A stretch of 58,109 nt of DNA. Source: Candidatus Omnitrophota bacterium (GTDB lineage Bacteria; Omnitrophota; Gorgyraeia; JAHJTE01). The position numbers and the translations under genes are program-made. Numbering within the stretch: the first letter of the stretch is position 1; each line of letters starts with the position of its first letter. The notes under the pieces were generated by a model. The model worked only from the letters and a program-made list of their open reading frames with translations. It had not been told where the DNA came from and searched no databases. This document shows, in pieces, positions 1 through 6,791 of the stretch. The stretch spans positions 1-58,109 of the forward strand of contig JAGVEL010000008.1 in the NCBI GenBank assembly GCA_020058285.1. The letters run 5' to 3'.

Positions 1-428
<428 letters not shown>

Positions 429-464
429 GGCTATTAATTTTCAAAGAACGGATTTTATACAAAC

Positions 465-495
465 AAAAAAGGCACCCCACAAGAGGCGCCTTTTT
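465..495 (-). terminator. Hairpin plus U-tract between the C25 peptidase gene and the 16S gene (intrinsic terminator or rRNA leader stem)
   Basis: The minus strand reads AAAAAGGCGCC-UCUUGUG-GGGUGCC-UUUUUU, a 6-bp GC stem with one G.U pair followed by U6. It lies only ~40 nt upstream of the 16S 5' end, so its role is ambiguous. Confidence 0.4.
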
Positions 496-651
496 ATGAA
501 TGCCCTTATGTCTTTTTTATAGCTTAAGCTGAATTGTCAAAAATCTTGCACTTGGTACTTAACCTTATATCTTTCAAAATTTTACCCCTCTGGGTAATTG
601 TAAACTATAACACAATAATTTTTTAGTGTCAAGGCTTTTTTTATTAAATTT

Positions 652-755
652 TACGCAAAAACGCAAAAAAAACCGCAAAAACGCAAAAAATTTATTTAAC
701 AATTTTGCGCCTTTGCGGTACGGTATATATACTGGTTTTTTGCGCCTTTGCGGTT
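652..755. repeat. Degenerate REP-like repeat patch (CGCAAAAA runs and two copies of TTTTGCGCCTTTGCGGT)
   Basis: 652-690 contains ACGCAAAAACGCAAAAAAAACCGCAAAAACGCAAAAAA. TTTTGCGCCTTTGCGGT occurs at 703-720 and 737-755 and is partly complementary to the first block. It is related to the GCCGCAAAGGCTTTTGCGGC hairpins of the other REP arrays. Confidence 0.45.
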
Positions 756-3700
756 ACTTATTCGCCTTATATTTTCCTGCACTCAACAGGATAAAGCTTC
801 TATCTTGTGTAGGTATCGATAGGCTGGAAAATTCCAGGCTAATTGATTGGTCCTTAACTGTAACTGCCGGCTTGTTATCCGCCTGCTCTAAAATCGAAAG
901 AACGTCTTTACCTTGAGAATGAACTGCGCGAAGTAATGGCAATTCGCTCTTTACCACTACTACTTGCTTTGAAGTATCTAGGCCAACAAAATCTACGCGA
1001 TGCGGTTTGGTCCATTCTATTTTTACTTTTAAATCACCCTTAACCTTATCCAGATATTTTTGAGGTATATTTACAGCCCACTCATCCCAGAATTGATGCG
1101 GATGCACCACTGAGATTTTCTGCCAATTCTTTTCATTCATTAAAACATAAATGTGCAAAGAATCATTACTATTGAGTATCGGCCTAGGCGGGCACTTTAA
1201 ATCTGTGCGCATAATAAGACGCGCTCCATTCTGCTTATCTTTAATTGACCCAAAATTCATTATTAAAACATCACCTTTTTCTCCATAATAACTATGCTCC
1301 TCATCATTTTCAATCTTATTCACTTTGACAAGTTGACTATTATTATTTTTGTCAATCGCCGAGAGTGCTACCGAGGGGTCCTTATAAGACAATATCTCGC
1401 CTTCGGGCGTTGGAGCAATATTTGTGCCTTTAGGATGATCTACCTGGATTAATTTTACCATATCAATCCAGCTAGTCTCATCTTCAGAATCAACAATATT
1501 AATCAGATATTTGTTATCCTTAGAAACTAGCGGCTTCATCAATTTATAATAATCCTTGTAATACATCGGATTTCCTGCAGGCAATATATCATTGTCTTTT
1601 ATAAATTGCGAACCGTTCCATGTGTAAATATAAGGACAAGACGTACGCCGTGGCTCGCCTGAACTAAATGGAGTAACTGTAATCGTGGCTTCAAACGGAA
1701 TAAAATTAGGTTTGGTTACAGTTAGATTCATTGTGCCGGCTGAATTAACATTTACATAAACCAACACCTGTCCATTTACGCCTGTCAACTCTGTACCAAA
1801 AGCATCATTATCCTTAAGGAATGTAACCCTTGCTCCTGAAACTGGCTGGCTATTACTATCAGTAACTGTAACAATATAACCGTTATACTGGATCATCGAC
1901 GGCACATATTGCACATTAAACTGTTGAGGCGTATCTGTCCAGATAGGCATTTCCGGATCGCCCAAGAGATTCAAGGTAAAAAGATTCTTCCTGAATTCGG
2001 CAACTGTATTCGGATCAAAATTTCCGTTGCCGGCAAAATCATTTACCATATCTAATTTCATATCATAAAGTGCCTGGCCAACGCTGGATTTACCTAAAGA
2101 GAAAATCTGCTCATTAAACCTGTACAGCTCTCCTAATCCGCCACCTTGGGAAGGCGAATTCCAACCTATCCAATAATAGTCTAACCTGGAATTGCCAATG
2201 AAAGCTACTCCCCAGTCATGTATAGGAATGGTATCTTCACCTCTTAGGATTGAATCACCTAGACAATAAATATGCCCATAAGGAGGCGTAGAAGTATGAA
2301 GATCAAATTTGCCATTGTCGCAAGATTCTGCAAACACAACTGACTGCTTAGAGCCATTAGCAATATTGTTCATAAAATATACAAATCTTTGTGCACTTGC
2401 GCCATTTTGATCTACTGAAGTCCACACGCTACCATGAGCAGACCATTCAATCAAAGCTTTGCCAGCTGATGCATAGGATATAAAATTTGCTTCAGTGAGA
2501 TTAGCATCTTTTGGATAGGTATTAAGAAAATTTAATCTAAAACTTGTTAAACCAGCAGCATCTAAAAAATCATTTTTAATGTACTGCATTACTGATGCAC
2601 CATCAGTGTAATCATCTAGTTTACCTCCACAAAGCAAAGCTTCTTTTGTCCATGAGCCTACTGGAGGAGTTTTTTCATAATTGATAATTTTATTAACTAC
2701 TTTACTAATATAAGAATAGCTATTTACCGGAATTCTGCCAACATAGGTATCTAGAATCCAACGAATATCATCAGCAGGTTCACCATAAATACCATTATTA
2801 TTAGTGTCCCAATCATAGATAAATGAATCAGCAACACTGCCGCCAGCACAATCAGCAAAATAATAATCAGCCGGGACTGTTTCTGTATCAATTGGATCAG
2901 GATGCCAAGTAACCGGGCCAACGTAACGGCTGGGTAATTTTACTCCTTCAGGCGGTGGATTAAATTCCGGCATGCCTGCGCCTTGCTCGCCGGCAATCAA
3001 TAACCAGTCAAATTTCGGGCTATAAAACGGGTTGTTCGGAGGATTTACACTAGCTTCAGTTAAGAATTTCCTGATTTTTTCCTGCAGATCTGCACCGGTG
3101 TAATTTGCCTCAATATCTTCTACAGTATAAACCTTGGCTGGAATACCTTTTTTAGTCTTCCAATCAGCTAGGGGTTGAGCTGCATTGACGTTTGCAGCCA
3201 AAGTAATAATCGCATATTTTATCGGAACCTGGTCAATTGGAATGAAGGAAACGCTTTGAGTTTGTGTTGGAGATTTTAAAGCCTGGTTTTCAGAATAATT
3301 ATAAATTATGTTTTCGGCGAGTTTATCAAAAGCATCGGTTCTTTTTGCCTGCATTTCGCTATTTAATTTAGCTTTAGTTTCGTCAAGCGTATATTGAATT
3401 CTAATCGTAAAAACCTCATTAAATTTAAGCTCATTGGTTCTTAAATTTTGGATTAAAGGATTTATGCCTACGCAGATTAAACGATGGCCTTTAAGAAAAG
3501 ATTCTCCGAGATTTTTAAAAATACCTTCGGGAAAAGTAGCCAAAGTATATTTTGCTCTTGCTGCTGCTAAATTAGGCTTTACTGGTGTAGTGTCATTATT
3601 AGGTGCCATACCTTGGAATGCAGCTAAGTTTAACACCTGGCCCAAAGAGCGGGAATTAGTGCTAACCAGGCTAACGCTTACATCCTTAGCATTAAACGGA

Positions 3701-3966
3701 ATCTCAAAATAATATTTCTTATGCGGCAGAAGCGGTAAGCCTAGCACAGTATTAAGGCCAAAGCCTTTAATCTCATAATAAGCCTTGCCTCCTACGTCGC
3801 GTACAGTAAATTCCGGAATTGAAACAGAGTATTCTTTCACTATCGGAGCAGCAGAAGAGTCCAGCGCATTAAATATGAAAATAAAGCTAAAAACGAAAAA
3901 AAATGTAATAGAAATAATCAATCTCTTATTCATTTTAATTGTCCCCTTTTTAATAAAAAATCGCAA
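754..3966 (-). CDS. Secreted clan CD / family C25 (gingipain-like) cysteine peptidase with an Ig-like linker and a C-terminal module shared with the 556-aa pilin fusion
   Basis: The N-terminus looks like a signal peptide (KRLIISITFFFVFSFIFIFNALDSSAAP); an alternative ATG lies at 3933. The motif pair WSAHGS...(37 aa)...FAESCDNGKFD parallels the gingipain catalytic TGHGS...FDVACVNGDF. The His511 codon is 2434-2436 and the Cys549 codon is 2320-2322. Residues ~695-765 resemble a CarboxypepD_reg/Ig-like fold. Residues 777-1070 are homologous to the C-terminus of ORF 4735..6405. Confidence 0.8.
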   Translation of the reverse strand: MRFFIKKGTIKMNKRLIISITFFFVFSFIFIFNALDSSAAPIVKEYSVSIPEFTVRDVGGKAYYEIKGFGLNTVLGLPLLPHKKYYFEIPFNAKDVSVSLVSTNSRSLGQVLNLAAFQGMAPNNDTTPVKPNLAAARAKYTLATFPEGIFKNLGESFLKGHRLICVGINPLIQNLRTNELKFNEVFTIRIQYTLDETKAKLNSEMQAKRTDAFDKLAENIIYNYSENQALKSPTQTQSVSFIPIDQVPIKYAIITLAANVNAAQPLADWKTKKGIPAKVYTVEDIEANYTGADLQEKIRKFLTEASVNPPNNPFYSPKFDWLLIAGEQGAGMPEFNPPPEGVKLPSRYVGPVTWHPDPIDTETVPADYYFADCAGGSVADSFIYDWDTNNNGIYGEPADDIRWILDTYVGRIPVNSYSYISKVVNKIINYEKTPPVGSWTKEALLCGGKLDDYTDGASVMQYIKNDFLDAAGLTSFRLNFLNTYPKDANLTEANFISYASAGKALIEWSAHGSVWTSVDQNGASAQRFVYFMNNIANGSKQSVVFAESCDNGKFDLHTSTPPYGHIYCLGDSILRGEDTIPIHDWGVAFIGNSRLDYYWIGWNSPSQGGGLGELYRFNEQIFSLGKSSVGQALYDMKLDMVNDFAGNGNFDPNTVAEFRKNLFTLNLLGDPEMPIWTDTPQQFNVQYVPSMIQYNGYIVTVTDSNSQPVSGARVTFLKDNDAFGTELTGVNGQVLVYVNVNSAGTMNLTVTKPNFIPFEATITVTPFSSGEPRRTSCPYIYTWNGSQFIKDNDILPAGNPMYYKDYYKLMKPLVSKDNKYLINIVDSEDETSWIDMVKLIQVDHPKGTNIAPTPEGEILSYKDPSVALSAIDKNNNSQLVKVNKIENDEEHSYYGEKGDVLIMNFGSIKDKQNGARLIMRTDLKCPPRPILNSNDSLHIYVLMNEKNWQKISVVHPHQFWDEWAVNIPQKYLDKVKGDLKVKIEWTKPHRVDFVGLDTSKQVVVVKSELPLLRAVHSQGKDVLSILEQADNKPAVTVKDQSISLEFSSLSIPTQDRSFILLSAGKYKANK

Positions 3967-4049
3967 GTTTCATCTTGCGATCATCTGTGGAATTAGACTT
4001 ATTTGATCTTTTAGCCATACTTTTTATCCATAAGTGACTGGTAGCTAAA

Positions 4050-4078
4050 AGTATACACGCTAAAAGCTGCTTTGTCAA
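4050..4078 (-). promoter_or_regulatory. Sigma70-type promoter for the C25 peptidase gene
   Basis: The minus strand reads TTGACA (4073-4078), a 17-nt spacer, then TATACT (4050-4055), about 85 nt upstream of the ORF start. Confidence 0.5.
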
Positions 4079-4146
4079 GCAAGAACCACCAACTGGTGCT
4101 TGGTTTTTGCTTGATGCCGCAAAAGCTTTTGCGGCGCAAGGAAAGG
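4076..4146. repeat. Single REP-like unit (two hairpins)
   Basis: The sequence is CAAGCAAGAACCACCAACTGGTGCTTGGTTTTTGCTTGATGCCGCAAAAGCTTTTGCGGCGCAAGG. It has the same architecture as the units at 11377-11615 and 32675-32918. Confidence 0.7.
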
Positions 4147-4180
4147 TTTATAAAAAGTTTAAAAAAGTATTCTATCGATC

Positions 4181-4714
4181 TCATTCCGGTCTAATAATCC
4201 GCTCAACTGCTGCTGCAACGCCTGAACCGCCTACACTAATCCACGCAGCGCCAGGTATAGCATCACGATAAAAAATACCTGTTTGGTCAACCTTAAACGC
4301 AAACCTGCCAGTAATATTGTACGCTTTAGGCTCAGCAATTGCGCTGTAGGTATTGGCGGAAAATGACTCTTGTTCTATTCTAAAATTATACCCACCTTTT
4401 GAGCCAGCTCGTAATAATTCATCAATTGAAAGTGTGGGATTAACAATAACCAGTTGTGTCAAATCCTGTGGGTAAGTTTTATATAAAGTCCGGTAAACCT
4501 CCATAGCCGCAGAAATCTTGCCTAATGAGGCAAGTGCACTAGTTTCTTTTGCATGGATATAGAGGTTTACTAAATGAGGCAGGCTCAACGCAACCAAGCC
4601 AACTATCAAACCAATAACTATGATTGCCTCAATGAGAGTAAAACCCTTGATTTTTAATCTGTGCAATTTTGTTTTTAAAATCTGTGTAATCATAATTTTA
4701 ATCTCTGTAATCAA
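4181..4714 (-). CDS. Type IV pilin-like protein (prepilin N-terminal cleavage/methylation motif)
   Basis: It has a KG|FTLIEAIIVIGLIVGLVAL class III signal with Glu+5. The globular part is paralogous to pilA and to the N-terminal third of the 556-aa protein (SALASLGKISAAMEVYR..YPQDLTQL; GYNFRIE...ITGRFAFKVDQTG). The real start is probably the internal ATG near 4693. Confidence 0.8.
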   Translation of the reverse strand: MITEIKIMITQILKTKLHRLKIKGFTLIEAIIVIGLIVGLVALSLPHLVNLYIHAKETSALASLGKISAAMEVYRTLYKTYPQDLTQLVIVNPTLSIDELLRAGSKGGYNFRIEQESFSANTYSAIAEPKAYNITGRFAFKVDQTGIFYRDAIPGAAWISVGGSGVAAAVERIIRPE

Positions 4715-4734
4715 GGGCGGCGTTTTTTGACGCC

Positions 4735-6405
4735 CTATTTTTTCAATTGTTTATACCAACCCTCGCTAACAAATATGTAATCTATTGCTTCTCTTCTCAT
4801 TAAGCTTTGTTTGCTTGGGCTAGCAAATTTCAAGCTAATTTCATCGCCTTTATTCATAGCGGCATAACGATTATCTGAAAGCTTTAATAAATTTAATACA
4901 TCTCCGGCTCTATTGTGTTTAGCCTCGAGTAAAGCTAACTCTTTAACTTTAATTGGCACTTGCTTAGACTCATCTAAAAGCACAAAATCTAGTTTGTGCT
5001 CATCTCTCCAGGTAACCTTTATCTTTAGATTGCCTTTTACTTTATCCTTAAATGCAGCTAAATCAACTGCCCAGATATCCCAGTTTTCATGAGGATGGAT
5101 AACAGCTATTTCTTTCCATTCTTTACCTGAGACTAATAGTTCTATATGGATAGACTTAAATTCAAGGCACTCTTCCGCCTGACAAACTGGTACGCAGCCT
5201 GCCCCGTAACAACTGCTACATGGCTTACCAATACAATCATCTGGAATGCATCCCTCACCAGGGCATTCAGAGCATGGTTGCCCCACACACGGACCCGCTT
5301 GAGCAGCAAAGGCATCTTCCAAATCTGAACTTAAAATAAGGCGTAAATCTTTCTGGGTGTTTTTAACCAAACCAAAATCAAAAGTGATAAAATCTCCAGT
5401 AACACCGTGATAATTACCATTATCTTTACTGGCAACTAATTTTAAGACATCCTTGCCTTTTTTATCCGCAGCGGTAAGAGCCTTAGTCAAATTCTTGTTC
5501 TCAAAAGTAACAATCTTACCTTCTGGAGTTGGTGCAATCTTCACAGATTGCGGATGGATAACTTCTAATAAGCTAAGCCTATCCAGGTGAGATTTTTCAT
5601 CCAATGGCTCAATAATCTTAAACAGCAACTCACCCTGCTTATCCATTTTTGGAGCCTTGGTTAACTTATAATAATCAGTATATTCACCGGATTTGCCTCC
5701 TGGAATAATATCATTATCTTTAACAAATTGTTTTCCATCCCATGTATGAATATAAGGACAGCTGCCACCAGAACCACCAGTGCAGCCTGTGCCATTACAG
5801 ATAGAACAAGGTATACCAGTACAATCTTGCCCACCACTAGTGCAGCCTGCGCCATTACAGATAGAACAAGGTATACCAGTACAATCGGGAGTTGTCCCTG
5901 AACCTCCTCCACCCTCAACACCCACTGCAGTCCAAGGGCCACCTGCAGGTCCACCAGCAATAGTAGCATAATATGCGCTGCCATTTGCTTCCTGCTCGCT
6001 TGAGCCTATTTTAAAATAACGATTTCCAGTAACGCCAAATTGAGTCGGGTCAGCAAAAATCCTAAAGGCATAAGTCGGCACAACATCACTTTCAGTTGAA
6101 ACCCTAAAAGTATAACCCTGTTTTTGGCCGCTTGTTGCCCAAGCTAAATCCATCAAAGGCGGCTGGGTATTACGCAACTGGGTAAAAGTTGTGGGATATG
6201 TACCAAACATAGTGCGGTAAGCTTCAAATGCACCAGCAAGCTTATAAAGATTGACTAATGCTGCACTTTCATTATTTACCAACTTAGCCCGCAAAAAATT
6301 CGGTATTGCTATTGCCATCATCACCACTACCACCAACGACACAACAATTAACTCTACAGTATGAAACCCGGTTTTCAATATTTTCTTATTCATTTTGCAC
6401 CTCAT
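4735..6405 (-). CDS. Pilin-like fusion protein: prepilin N-terminus and pilin globular domain, Gly/Cys-rich linker, and a ~340-aa C-terminal module shared with the C25 peptidase
   Basis: It has a TG|FHTVELIVVSLVVVVMMAIAIPNF prepilin motif. Residues 1-165 are paralogous to pilA. Residues 175-208 and 372-413 carry four C-x4-CxxCxGxG-C units. Residues 216-556 align colinearly with residues 777-1070 of ORF 754..3966. Confidence 0.85.
   Translation of the reverse strand: MRCKMNKKILKTGFHTVELIVVSLVVVVMMAIAIPNFLRAKLVNNESAALVNLYKLAGAFEAYRTMFGTYPTTFTQLRNTQPPLMDLAWATSGQKQGYTFRVSTESDVVPTYAFRIFADPTQFGVTGNRYFKIGSSEQEANGSAYYATIAGGPAGGPWTAVGVEGGGGSGTTPDCTGIPCSICNGAGCTSGGQDCTGIPCSICNGTGCTGGSGGSCPYIHTWDGKQFVKDNDIIPGGKSGEYTDYYKLTKAPKMDKQGELLFKIIEPLDEKSHLDRLSLLEVIHPQSVKIAPTPEGKIVTFENKNLTKALTAADKKGKDVLKLVASKDNGNYHGVTGDFITFDFGLVKNTQKDLRLILSSDLEDAFAAQAGPCVGQPCSECPGEGCIPDDCIGKPCSSCYGAGCVPVCQAEECLEFKSIHIELLVSGKEWKEIAVIHPHENWDIWAVDLAAFKDKVKGNLKIKVTWRDEHKLDFVLLDESKQVPIKVKELALLEAKHNRAGDVLNLLKLSDNRYAAMNKGDEISLKFASPSKQSLMRREAIDYIFVSEGWYKQLKK
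5773..5886. repeat. Near-perfect 60-bp tandem duplication inside the pilin-fusion CDS
   Basis: 5781-5826 and 5841-5886 are identical except for one position (T/C at the 10th base). They encode DCTGIPCSICNGAGC and DCTGIPCSICNGTGC. Confidence 0.9.
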
Positions 6406-6451
6406 TTTAATCTGCTTAATCTCCTTATTTATCCTCTAATCTCATTATTAT

Positions 6452-6582
6452 AAAAAAATCCTATCCTTCATTTCCAAGGATAGGATTGTACATTTTGCTT
6501 TCGGTAACCAGACTATCCTTTTAAAGAAGGACTCTTGGCTTTGCGCCCTATGCTTACGCATAGTTTGCCCTTATCGAGCATA
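6452..6582 (-). promoter_or_regulatory. c-di-GMP-I (GEMM-I) riboswitch #1 with intrinsic terminator, in the leader of the pilin-fusion operon
   Basis: The minus-strand RNA reads GGGCAAACUAUGC-GUAA-GCAUAGGGCGCAAAGCCAAGAGUCCUU...AAGGAUAGUCUGGUUACCGA. It shows the conserved GGCAAAC / GNRA-capped P1 hairpin / GGRCGCAAAGC / GGUUACCGA blocks of GEMM-I, close to the V. cholerae Vc2 aptamer as I remember it. It is followed by AAUCCUAUCCUU-GGAAAUG-AAGGAUAGGAUU-U7 (6452-6488). Confidence 0.85.
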
Positions 6583-6600
6583 CCTTCATTACCAAAATAA

Positions 6601-6629
6601 AGTATACCACAATAAAGGCCTTATTTCAA
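6601..6629 (-). promoter_or_regulatory. Promoter driving riboswitch #1
   Basis: The minus strand reads TTGAAA (6624-6629), a 17-nt spacer ending in TGG (extended -10), then TATACT (6601-6606). The GTGGTATACTTTA box recurs upstream of riboswitch #3. Confidence 0.5.
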
Positions 6630-6791
6630 GTATCTTATAAATATATACTTAATCTAACTAATTGCTATACAAGGTGTTACAATATTTTTATAAACTTGTA
6701 AATTTGTACTTTTCACCTTGCGTCAGACTTCTATTTATGATAGACTAATTAAGATTAAAAGTCAATATAATCTTCTATTTTCTCCTAATAT

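Noticed and set aside
626-916. A 96-aa plus-strand ORF.
   Set aside because: It is built from the CGCAAAAA/TTTTGCGCC repeat patch and then runs antisense to the 3' end of the well-supported C25 peptidase gene. It has no RBS.
5661-5984. Alternative-frame ORFs (5661..5984 minus, 5780..5971 plus) over the Gly/Cys-rich repeat.
   Set aside because: They are frame-shifted or antisense readings of the 60-bp tandem duplication inside the 556-aa CDS, whose own frame is supported by homology on both sides.
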